Origin: a virus | Taxonomy: Duplodnaviria > Caudoviricetes | Direction: 5' to 3' (one strand) | DNA length: 64,000 bases | Virus record (IMG/VR): IMGVR_UViG_3300003320_000853 | In this document: piece after piece, positions 28,673 to 37,133 of the stretch | Layout: every line of letters begins with the position of its first letter | Position numbering within the stretch: position 1 is the first letter of the stretch | Made by a program: the position numbers and the translations under genes | The notes under the pieces: model-generated | What the model was told of the DNA's origin: nothing | The model's database searches: none | What the model saw: the letters and a program-made list of their open reading frames with translations, nothing else

Positions 28673-29653
28673 ATGCCCAAGATCGAAAGTCTCAAGTCCG
28701 TCAAGACCATCGTCTGCCATGCGAATTGTTCGGATGGTCTCGCATCCGCGATGATCCTCCACAACGTGCTGCCGGACGCCAAGATCGTCTTCCTCCAGTA
28801 CAACACGCCCGAGCTGGCCGCCTTCGAGGCGACCGAGGGACAGCTCTGGTGTGATTTCTGCCCGCCGGCCGATCGTTTCCAGGAGTTCGTCGCGGCTGGT
28901 GCCATCGTGCTCGACCACCACAAGACTGCCAAGATCACCGTCGCGGAGTTCGGTGAGAACGGCGTATTCGCCGACGAGAAAGACGAGCCTGGGGTCTCCG
29001 GCGCGCTCCTCGCCTACCGTCACGTGTGGGTACCTCTAGCGGCGGAGTGGCACGCGGGGGTCGGTAGCGGGAAAGAGTACGCCCGCATCGTCGAACGCCT
29101 CGCCACCCTGGCGGGGATCCGCGACACTTGGCAACGCCAGAGCCCCGACTGGATGGCGGCAATGGCTCAGGCCGAGGCGCTCCAATTCTGGCCGAAGGAA
29201 GAGTGGCTCGACGAGGACGTGTGGGACTGGGGGGAGAAGGCCAAGATCGGCATGACCTTGCTCGCGAAGCACGCGGAGAAGGTCGACAAGGCCGTCAAGG
29301 GTAGCTTCCGTTTCACCTCGTCCAAGGGCAATCGCGTCCTCATGTTCCAGGGGGTGTCGACGACCAGCGACGCCGCCGAGAAGATCGGGGATGGGGCCGA
29401 TATCATCGTCGGCTTCCGGTACGAGACCGATGCCGAAGGGCACAAGATCGTTTTCTCGCTTCGGAGCCACACGGGCTTCGATTGCTCGAAGCTCGCGAAG
29501 GAACACCCGGGCGGCGGTGGGCACACGGCCGCCGCCGGGTTCGCCTATCGGTTTCGGGCCACTCACGACCCCTACCTTCTTTTCGAGGGGATGCTCGACG
29601 CCCATGAGCGGGGACTGTCTTGGCCCCAGGAGATGCCCCTGTGCCCTCGATGA
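28673..29653 (+). CDS. DHH/DHHA1 phosphoesterase
   Basis: HANCSDG, LDHH, SLRS, GGGH..AAG. Confidence 0.9.
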   Translation: MPKIESLKSVKTIVCHANCSDGLASAMILHNVLPDAKIVFLQYNTPELAAFEATEGQLWCDFCPPADRFQEFVAAGAIVLDHHKTAKITVAEFGENGVFADEKDEPGVSGALLAYRHVWVPLAAEWHAGVGSGKEYARIVERLATLAGIRDTWQRQSPDWMAAMAQAEALQFWPKEEWLDEDVWDWGEKAKIGMTLLAKHAEKVDKAVKGSFRFTSSKGNRVLMFQGVSTTSDAAEKIGDGADIIVGFRYETDAEGHKIVFSLRSHTGFDCSKLAKEHPGGGGHTAAAGFAYRFRATHDPYLLFEGMLDAHERGLSWPQEMPLCPR

Positions 29654-30114
29654 GGAGCCATGAGAGGGGTCAGAGGAAGCAACTCCGAGCTCTGGCCCAA
29701 CAGGTGAGCCGGAAGCTCGCCGACATCAACCAGCGGGTCAACATGCAAGCCTTCGGCTTCTCCCTCGCCCTGGTCTCGTCCCTTCTCGTGTCGGGCGTCT
29801 CGCGCTTCTCCACGCAGGGCGGTCGGCTCGACCGAGCTATCAAGCTCGCCGTCGAGCGAGGCGCCTTCACCCCGTGGAAGAACTCCCTCGCCTTCGTCGA
29901 CACCATGGTGGGTCTCCGCTGCGTCCAGTTGCAGGAGACCCTCTTGATCGCTCAGATGGCGGGGATCCTCTGGTTCGTGGGGCCGTCCTTCAACGAGGCC
30001 GAGATCGTCATCTCGGTCGAGACCGCAAGGACGATGCTCCGGAGCAACAAGCTCGACGAAGAGACGGCCCGGAGTTGGGGGGCCGCCTTGGTCGCGGCCC
30101 TCGCCGAGGTCTAG
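29650..30114 (+). CDS. hypothetical protein
   Basis: ATGA overlap. Confidence 0.6.
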   Translation: MRSHERGQRKQLRALAQQVSRKLADINQRVNMQAFGFSLALVSSLLVSGVSRFSTQGGRLDRAIKLAVERGAFTPWKNSLAFVDTMVGLRCVQLQETLLIAQMAGILWFVGPSFNEAEIVISVETARTMLRSNKLDEETARSWGAALVAALAEV

Positions 30115-30428
30115 CCGTTGTAGCTCTCGAAGCCGCGGGGGTCGGGCGGCGTCGTGTTCGGGATCTTGGTCCTGGCGAACTCGATCGCGCTGGATGCCGC
30201 ATTCGCGGCGGTTTCTCCCGCCGCGAAGACGCCGAGCAGGGCGTTGATGCGGGGGGCGTTCTTCTGAACGACCGCGATGGCCGCCATGACGTCGCCGATC
30301 TCCGCGCCGGTGAGGATCATCTGGAGGACGTGTCCGGCCCACTTGGCCTCGACGAGAGCCTTGCGGGTGTTGTTCAGCCCGTCGTGGGCGGCCATCAGCT
30401 TCTCGTGAGTCTCGTCTGCAATGAACAT
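30111..30428 (-). CDS. hypothetical protein
   Basis: GGTGTA 11 nt upstream on - strand; GGAG SD. Confidence 0.7.
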   Translation of the reverse strand: MFIADETHEKLMAAHDGLNNTRKALVEAKWAGHVLQMILTGAEIGDVMAAIAVVQKNAPRINALLGVFAAGETAANAASSAIEFARTKIPNTTPPDPRGFESYNG

Positions 30429-30529
30429 AGGGGTCTCCTTACACCAAGGCGCCCGTCACGGGCACGTCTTTCCTACAACGCTCTGGCGGCGCCGATCAAC
30501 ATTCTGTCTTTAGCCCGGCCTCCCGTAGG

Positions 30530-30805
30530 ATGGACATCGCTCGCCGGGTCGTTCTTCGAGTTCTTGGGCATCAGGTCGGGACGTTTACTCTCCCGAAAGA
30601 TCATCTCTTCGGGATGCGAGTACCCGATGGGGGGTCGAGCTGCGCCAAGTGCCTCTTCGTGAGCGACGACGGGAAGCACTGTGGTAACCCCTACTTCCAG
30701 GACTGGCGAAAATCTCTGAAGGAGAAGGATCCGAGCCTGCTCCCCCACCCGGCCGACAGCTATTGCTGCGACGTCTTTCAGGCGCAGGGGTCCGATGACA
30801 CCTAA
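30530..30805 (+). CDS. small Cys-rich protein with RVxxRV signal
   Basis: MDIARRVVLRV; CAKC..C..YCC. Confidence 0.7.
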   Translation: MDIARRVVLRVLGHQVGTFTLPKDHLFGMRVPDGGSSCAKCLFVSDDGKHCGNPYFQDWRKSLKEKDPSLLPHPADSYCCDVFQAQGSDDT

Positions 30806-32603
30806 GACCGCCAGCACGGTGCGCGTCCTCGTCCTCGTCGAGGACACCCGGAAGGCTCGGGCTCGCTGGCCGGCTCTCGATGAGCTTGTGGTTGCCGAGT
30901 TTATGGGAACCATCCCGCTCTACCGCATCTTCGACGAGAACGAGCTGCAACACATCCTTCGCTCGGGGAAGATCACGGGTGGGAACTACTCCGTTCCCGC
31001 CGAGCGCTCTTTCGGTGCTTCCTGGGGGTCGAACGTCACACAGGTGATCGAGTGGGGGAACCGACTCCGAGGGAAGAGACTCGGCTCGAACCTATACCTG
31101 GCCAAGATCGACGGCTACGGACACCGATTCTTGCACCTGAGCCCTGAGATCAAGTTCGACATCGACAATCCGGAACCGCAGAAGTCTATCGTGGATTCAT
31201 CCCGATTCAACGTAGGGCTCGGTTGCTCCGTTGCGGATGTCGGCACGAACGAAGCGGAGTTCTACGTCATCACGGAAGACCACCGGATGCACAGCCTCGA
31301 CGATCAGGAGCTCCGGGCCCTGAAGAAGGGATCTTCTGCGCAGCGGGTGGCGGCTCGATTCCTTCAAGCTCGGGATCAATATTTCGAGCTTGGGGACATT
31401 GTAACCTACGGGAAATACAAGAACCACCGTGGGAAGATCGTCAACTTCGGAAAGGACAAGTGGGGCAACCCCACGGTCGAGGTCGAGCCCATCCCCAAGG
31501 GTCGGAAGCAAAACAAGGTCTTCGGCCTGTTCAAGATTTGGAGGGCGGACGTGAAGGAGAAGGCGCTCGCGGAGCAGGCAGCGAAGGAAGGTCTGACGGC
31601 TCGGGTCATCGCTCGCTTCGAGCAGGCCAAGGGGACGCCGCGGGGCTGGGAGCACCGGAAGGAGAAGGACGACTTCACGGAGCAGAACATCCCTCCCGAG
31701 TACCTGGTTCTCTGGCGGAAGCTCAAGAACCGCTTCAAGGGCACCCCTCATGAGCGTGCCGAGCAATTCATGGAGTACGTGGAGGAGCATCCTGGGGAGA
31801 ACACAGAGGCCCTCCAAGAGAACGCCGACAAGGAAGTCGCCAAGATGACCCGGGAGTGGGCACAGAAGCACCGGGAACAGGTGAAGCTGGAGAAGGAGTG
31901 CGACAAGACCCAGACCAAGTACGAGGACGCTTGGTACAAGGAACAGGAGCGGGCCACCAAGGAAAAGAACAACCTCAAGCAGTTGCAGGAGAAGGCAGAA
32001 GGCGCTTGCAAGGCATGCCCCACCTGTGACGAGAGCGAGGGCCCGAGAGATTACCCCGACAGCGGCGGGCACGACGACAACATCCCGTTCGCAGCCTCCC
32101 GGGTTGCTGCAAGATTCGCGGCCCTCGAAGGTCTCCCCCGGGATCCTTCCCCGATCAGGGGGCTCGCGCCCGAGGACACGGACAACTACTGGGGCTGGCA
32201 GTACACCAGAGGTTTCCTCGACGCGGGACCGCTCCCGCACCTGGCGTCCCGCGTACGCTCCCGATTCCGGCGCGACAACGCCAGACGGACCGCGGCCATT
32301 GCAGGAGCGCTTCCGTTGCCTCCAGAGCTCCAGGGCCATCCGGCTCTCACGCAAGGGCTCACGACGATCGAGAATGCGAATGGCTTTCTCGGGACAATCG
32401 AGGATGAGGCCGGCACGTGGATCGCGTGGGTTGAGCCGAGCGGTGAAGCCGTGCTCTACACGAATCGGGAGCCTGACGGAGGAACCATCGGCGACGGCTA
32501 CGCCTTCCGACGGGATGACCTCGTCACGGCGCCGACGCTCACGGTGCCCAACCCTCTTCTCCGGCACGCACCTAGACAAGAACAAGGCCCTACCAACGGG
32601 TAG
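30795..32603 (+). CDS. polyprotein-like protein with four internal RVxxRF motifs
   Basis: QRVAARFLQA, ARVIARFEQA, SRVAARFAA and SRVRSRFRR separate five modules. Confidence 0.8.
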   Translation: MTPKTASTVRVLVLVEDTRKARARWPALDELVVAEFMGTIPLYRIFDENELQHILRSGKITGGNYSVPAERSFGASWGSNVTQVIEWGNRLRGKRLGSNLYLAKIDGYGHRFLHLSPEIKFDIDNPEPQKSIVDSSRFNVGLGCSVADVGTNEAEFYVITEDHRMHSLDDQELRALKKGSSAQRVAARFLQARDQYFELGDIVTYGKYKNHRGKIVNFGKDKWGNPTVEVEPIPKGRKQNKVFGLFKIWRADVKEKALAEQAAKEGLTARVIARFEQAKGTPRGWEHRKEKDDFTEQNIPPEYLVLWRKLKNRFKGTPHERAEQFMEYVEEHPGENTEALQENADKEVAKMTREWAQKHREQVKLEKECDKTQTKYEDAWYKEQERATKEKNNLKQLQEKAEGACKACPTCDESEGPRDYPDSGGHDDNIPFAASRVAARFAALEGLPRDPSPIRGLAPEDTDNYWGWQYTRGFLDAGPLPHLASRVRSRFRRDNARRTAAIAGALPLPPELQGHPALTQGLTTIENANGFLGTIEDEAGTWIAWVEPSGEAVLYTNREPDGGTIGDGYAFRRDDLVTAPTLTVPNPLLRHAPRQEQGPTNG

Positions 32604-32626
32604 TGTTCTTGTAGGGCGCACTTTGC

Positions 32627-33322
32627 ATGATCTGCAAAGTGTCGGAGTGTGGGCAGGGAGTGTGCGCGCAAGGTCTGTGTCGAAAGCACTACCGCAAGGC
32701 CCGCCTCGAAGGGACGATCGAGATCAAGTCCAAGCATGGGGGATGCAAGGCTCCTGAATGCCCGAAGCCCCACTACGCCAAGGGGTTCTGTGACGAGCAC
32801 TACTGGCTCCAAAAGAACAGCGGAGGCCTTGTCCGGACGCGAGCCCGTTCCGGATCGGTCAAACGAGCGAACGGGTACCGCTTCGTCGGCGTAGACGGGA
32901 AGATGGTACCCGAGCACCGACACCTGATGGAGATCCATCTCAGGAGGCCCCTCCAGAAAAACGAGGTGATCTCACACAAGAACGGGGATCCCTCGGACAA
33001 CCGCCTTGACAATCTGGAACTGTACGTTCCCGGAACTGGAGGGTATGTCGCCTGGAACGGGTACCGCATCCTCCACAAGGGCGGGTACGATATCCCCGAG
33101 CATCGGTACATCATGGAGCAGATCCTCGGGCGCCAGCTCCGAGCGGGAGAGAACGTCCATCACAAGAACGGGGATCGCCTGGACAACCGGCCGGAGAATT
33201 TGGAGCTGTGGTCGTGCCATCAGCCGAGCGGCCAACGGGTTGTCGACAAGGTTCAGTGGGCCCGCGAGATCCTTCGCCAGTACGAGACCGATCTGGAGAT
33301 CCTCATGCAGCTCGATCGGTAA
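32627..33322 (+). CDS. HNH endonuclease with tandem HNH domains
   Basis: EHR...HKNGD..DNR..NLEL twice; GLC..HY repeats. Confidence 0.9.
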   Translation: MICKVSECGQGVCAQGLCRKHYRKARLEGTIEIKSKHGGCKAPECPKPHYAKGFCDEHYWLQKNSGGLVRTRARSGSVKRANGYRFVGVDGKMVPEHRHLMEIHLRRPLQKNEVISHKNGDPSDNRLDNLELYVPGTGGYVAWNGYRILHKGGYDIPEHRYIMEQILGRQLRAGENVHHKNGDRLDNRPENLELWSCHQPSGQRVVDKVQWAREILRQYETDLEILMQLDR

Positions 33323-33346
33323 CCCTCTTCTAGGAGGCCGGAAGTG

Positions 33347-34432
33347 ATGAGCACGACCCAGGCTCTTCGCGTGCTGGCGAAGTATAAAGCCAAAAAGAAG
33401 GTCAAGAACAAGGACGGGGAGGAAACGACCGTCTACGAGTACAGCGACAAGCAGATCGCGAACCGGAACCGCGAGAAGGCGAAGCGCATCGAGAAGCTCC
33501 GCCACAAGATCGACGACGTTCGAGCCAAGGTCAAGAAGGACATGAAGTCCGCTGACCCCGAAAAGATGCTCACGGCGCTCGCGGTCGGGCTCATGGACCA
33601 CACGTTCGAACGGGTCGGGAACGAAGAGTCTGCCGACGAGGGCCATTTCGGGGTCACTGGATGGCAGCGGAAGCACGTCTCGTTCGGCAAGGATGTGACC
33701 ATCAAGTACGTCGGCAAGAGCGGCGTCAAGCACGAGAAGAAGGTCACCGACCCGGCCCTCAAGAAGGCGCTCCGGGACGCCTATGAAGCCAGCGACGACG
33801 AGGACGCGAGCCTCTTCGAGTACGAGGGGGGAAAGGTTACGGCCGAGAAAGTCAACGCCTACCTCAAGGAGTTCGACGTCACGGCGAAGGACATCCGCGG
33901 GATGCACGCCAACGTCGAGATGCAGGAGCGTCTCAAGGAAGTCCGGAAGAAGGGCGGCAAGCTCCCCGAGGACAAGAAGAAGCGAGAGAAGCAGCTCAAG
34001 GACGAGTTCAAGGAAGCGCTCGAAGGAGCCGCCGAGGCTGTGGGGCACGAACCCTCGACGCTCAAGAGCCAGTACCTCGTCCCCGGCCTGGAGGAGTCGT
34101 ACCTCAAGGATGGGACGGTCGTCGACAAGCTCTCCCATCGCGTCCTGGCGCGTTTCCTGGCGGCGACGCAGATTGCCTATGGGCCAGCGGGCGCATGCCT
34201 CACCTTCCAGGCAGACTTCCCCCTGACCACCCCGTGCGAGAAGTGTGGGGCAGATGCGTCCCTTCACGTCACGCTGTCCGAAGATGGCCCGACTCTGGAG
34301 ACGTACAGGCCAGAGTACGATGCAGCCGTTGCTCGGGGTTGGGTCGATCCCGTGGGCCACGACCTTGCGGCGTTCGCGACCTACATTTGCCCGGAATGTT
34401 ACGCGGCGACGACACTCTGGAATCAGGCGTGA
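33347..34432 (+). CDS. DNA topoisomerase IB catalytic domain fused via RVLARF to Zn-finger module
   Basis: ERVGNE, YVGKSGV, TAKDIR, VGH, catalytic Tyr in SQYL; C-terminal CEKC..CPEC. Confidence 0.88.
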   Translation: MSTTQALRVLAKYKAKKKVKNKDGEETTVYEYSDKQIANRNREKAKRIEKLRHKIDDVRAKVKKDMKSADPEKMLTALAVGLMDHTFERVGNEESADEGHFGVTGWQRKHVSFGKDVTIKYVGKSGVKHEKKVTDPALKKALRDAYEASDDEDASLFEYEGGKVTAEKVNAYLKEFDVTAKDIRGMHANVEMQERLKEVRKKGGKLPEDKKKREKQLKDEFKEALEGAAEAVGHEPSTLKSQYLVPGLEESYLKDGTVVDKLSHRVLARFLAATQIAYGPAGACLTFQADFPLTTPCEKCGADASLHVTLSEDGPTLETYRPEYDAAVARGWVDPVGHDLAAFATYICPECYAATTLWNQA

Positions 34433-34491
34433 CGGTGTAGACTTCCGCCCGTCAATCGCGACGGATCCTCTTTTCACCGCTCACGAGTAAA

Positions 34492-35553
34492 ATGCACTAC
34501 CTGAATCCGAATCGAAAGTCTGCGCACGTCGTCATCTTCTACCGGAACTTCCTGTCGATGCCTGGGGGCTACTGCCACGTCGGGCTCGGGAACAACGGGC
34601 TCCAAACGGCCAAGGTGCTGCGCAAGAACGGCATCCGCGCCGACCTCTACGGCGTCCGGGAGGCGTCCGACATCCGCCAGATCCTGGCAGGGATCGGCCC
34701 GGCAACGCATGTCGTCATCGAGGCGTTCTGGGTGTCACTTTCCGATCTCCAGTCGCTCATGGCCGAGTTCCCCAACTCGCATTTCATCGTCCGGAGCCAC
34801 AGTCAGATCAGCTTCCTCCAGGTCGAGGCGGGCGCGATCAAGAACCTCCGGGATCTCGTGACGCACCAGGAGGGGGTGCTCAACCTCACGGTAGCGGCCA
34901 ACAACCAGAAGATGTGCGACTTCGTCGAGAAGACGTACCTCGGGCGGTGCCTCTACCTGCCCAACCTCTACGATGTCGAGCGGGTTCACCGGCGCATGCC
35001 CATGGTGCCCCACACGCACCGAACGCTGCGGATCGGATCCTTCGGAGCTCTCCGGCTCCTCAAGAACCACACGGCGGCAGCGGCGGCGGCCCTGCTCATC
35101 GCCGAGCGGAAGCGCTGCGATCTGGAGTTCTGGATCAGCGTCAACCGCAGGGAGAACAACGGGGCGGAGGGCATCCTCCACTCGCTCCGGAACATGTTCC
35201 AGGGGCTCCCCTGGGCGAAGCTCCACGAGCACCCATGGGAGATGTGGCCGGACTTCCGGCGCAGCATCGCCCACATGGATCTCGCCATGCAGGTCTCCTT
35301 TACGGAGACGTTCAACATCACGGCTGCCGATGCGGTCACCGAGGGAGTGCCTTGCGTGACGGGCCCGGCGATCGAATGGGTGCCTCGCGACTGGCAGGCG
35401 GACGTCGACACGGCGGCCGACATCGCCCGGGTGGGCATGGCTCTCCTCGGCGACCCGCAAGCGGCCGAGGACGGGCTGGAAGCTCTCACGAACTACGTCC
35501 GCATGGGGACGGAGCGCTGGCTCCACTACCTCGATCAGAACCCCACCAACTAG
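34492..35553 (+). CDS. glycosyltransferase-like protein (GT-B)
   Basis: LLKNH and SFTETFNITAADAV.EGVP resemble the GT4 signature. Confidence 0.7.
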   Translation: MHYLNPNRKSAHVVIFYRNFLSMPGGYCHVGLGNNGLQTAKVLRKNGIRADLYGVREASDIRQILAGIGPATHVVIEAFWVSLSDLQSLMAEFPNSHFIVRSHSQISFLQVEAGAIKNLRDLVTHQEGVLNLTVAANNQKMCDFVEKTYLGRCLYLPNLYDVERVHRRMPMVPHTHRTLRIGSFGALRLLKNHTAAAAAALLIAERKRCDLEFWISVNRRENNGAEGILHSLRNMFQGLPWAKLHEHPWEMWPDFRRSIAHMDLAMQVSFTETFNITAADAVTEGVPCVTGPAIEWVPRDWQADVDTAADIARVGMALLGDPQAAEDGLEALTNYVRMGTERWLHYLDQNPTN

Positions 35554-35554
35554 A

Positions 35555-35845
35555 TCACTCGGGGTAGACGGGGATCCGGTGCGTGAAATTCTTGGGGCGC
35601 TTCCGGATCGCCTCGCCACTTCTCTCCAGCCATTCGGCCAACCGATCCAGGGCCTCGTCCGTTGACGCACAGGCGGGCCCCTGGATCGCCATGCCAGCTT
35701 CGGCCTGACCCGCGGGCGTGATGTTGAGGGTGAGATCGAGACTGAGCGTCGTACCCGTAGATCCCGGCGTCGTGTGCTCTACCTCGTAGGTGGCGATCAG
35801 GTGATCTTGGGAGTCTCTCTTGACACTTTTGAGCTTCAGGGCCAT
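35555..35845 (-). CDS. hypothetical protein
   Basis: GGTGTA 9 nt upstream on - strand. Confidence 0.7.
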   Translation of the reverse strand: MALKLKSVKRDSQDHLIATYEVEHTTPGSTGTTLSLDLTLNITPAGQAEAGMAIQGPACASTDEALDRLAEWLERSGEAIRKRPKNFTHRIPVYPE

Positions 35846-35862
35846 GGGGCCCCTTACACCGC

Positions 35863-36750
35863 CTAGAACTCCTGGTCGAGCTGCCCCAGGAGGTCGAAGG
35901 GGTCGGCTGCACGCGCGACTCCCTTGCCGAGAACGAGCACCTCGTTCACCGGGCCGCGGGCATCGCCCTTCGAGTTGATGCTCCGCCGAGCTTGGATGAT
36001 CTTGATCTCGAATCCCGCGTAGAGCTCGCGGATCTCGGAGGCGTCCGAATTCGATAGCATCACGGAGACCCCACGGTTGGACAGATCGCGGAAGACTTCC
36101 GCCAGCGCCTTCTGGTCGTCCATCGTGAAGTCGTCGGTCGTGTAGGACGTGAAGTCGCTCGTCTTCGAGACCGGGATGTATGGGGGATCGAAGTACACGA
36201 AATCATTGCGGAGAGCCGCCTCCTTGACCCAGGCGTAGCTCTCGTGCCTCACGTAGGTGCTCTGGAGAAGCTCTGAGCACGCGCGGATGTTCTCGGGGTC
36301 GTAGAAGTTGACGTTGATGTTCTTGCCCCACGGGGCGTTGAACTCGCCCTTCTTGTTCATCCTGTGGAGCCCGTTGAAGGCCGTCTTGTTGAGGAAGAGA
36401 AAGCGGGCTGCGCGCTCGATCTCGTTCGGAGGCTTGCCCGAACGGACGGCCTTGAAGACGGCTAGTGGATCGGCGTGCGATCGGTAAAGGTCGGCCATGC
36501 GATCCACGGCCTGCATGAACTCGACCGATCGACCCTGCACGATCGCATAGAGGTTGGTGAGCTCTTCGTTGAGGTCGCTGATGAAGGCCCGATTGAAGCG
36601 GCCCTCGGACGCGAGCCGCCAGAAGAGCGCGCCACCCCCAAGGAAGGGCTCGAAATAGGTCTCGATATTTTTGGGGATGTAGGGGAGGAGGTCGGGGAGC
36701 AGTTCGCGCTTACCGCCGACCCATTTGATGAAAGGTTTGGCGTCGGGCAT
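35863..36750 (-). CDS. dam: DNA adenine methyltransferase (D12/Dam class)
   Basis: KWVGGK, EPFLGGG, FNGL.R.N..G.FN.P.G, DPPY, MLSNS. Confidence 0.93.
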   Translation of the reverse strand: MPDAKPFIKWVGGKRELLPDLLPYIPKNIETYFEPFLGGGALFWRLASEGRFNRAFISDLNEELTNLYAIVQGRSVEFMQAVDRMADLYRSHADPLAVFKAVRSGKPPNEIERAARFLFLNKTAFNGLHRMNKKGEFNAPWGKNINVNFYDPENIRACSELLQSTYVRHESYAWVKEAALRNDFVYFDPPYIPVSKTSDFTSYTTDDFTMDDQKALAEVFRDLSNRGVSVMLSNSDASEIRELYAGFEIKIIQARRSINSKGDARGPVNEVLVLGKGVARAADPFDLLGQLDQEF

Positions 36751-36767
36751 CTCACGCCCTACACCAC

Positions 36768-36932
36768 CTATCTCTGGTAGTCAGACGCGCTGGACGTCTT
36801 GCGGAAGGTGAGCACGAAGCACCCATCGGTTTCCCTGAATGTGCTCCGAGACACATTGACGTCCCAGCCGCCCTGCGTGCGGTACATGTCGGCCAGGTGG
36901 TTCACCACGCGGGACGAGAACTTGCCGTCCAT
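36768..36932 (-). CDS. small hypothetical protein (not in ORF track)
   Basis: MDGKFSSRVVNHLADMYR...; GGAGG upstream. Confidence 0.5.
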   Translation of the reverse strand: MDGKFSSRVVNHLADMYRTQGGWDVNVSRSTFRETDGCFVLTFRKTSSASDYQR

Positions 36933-36940
36933 GGTGATAT

Positions 36941-37126
36941 TCAGCGCCCCTCCGTCCAGGTTTCCACGATCGTGTACGTGTACGTCGCCATCACCCCCGA
37001 GTTGATCCGCCGCTCGATCGCAGCAATGGCCTCCTCCCGGGTGTCCATCCGGTCGTCGGTGAGGTCGAAGCTACCGTTGTACTCGACCCTGGCGACCACA
37101 AACTTGTGCTCGATCTTTCTGGGCAT
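36941..37126 (-). CDS. small hypothetical protein
   Basis: AGGAG SD. Confidence 0.6.
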   Translation of the reverse strand: MPRKIEHKFVVARVEYNGSFDLTDDRMDTREEAIAAIERRINSGVMATYTYTIVETWTEGR

Positions 37127-37133
37127 GGCGCTC

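Noticed and set aside
28217-35553. DNA hypermodification pathway (2OG-Fe oxygenase, glycosyltransferase, nucleotide enzymes)
   Set aside because: The genes are dispersed and there is no recognisable base-modifying anchor enzyme; insufficient support from this window.
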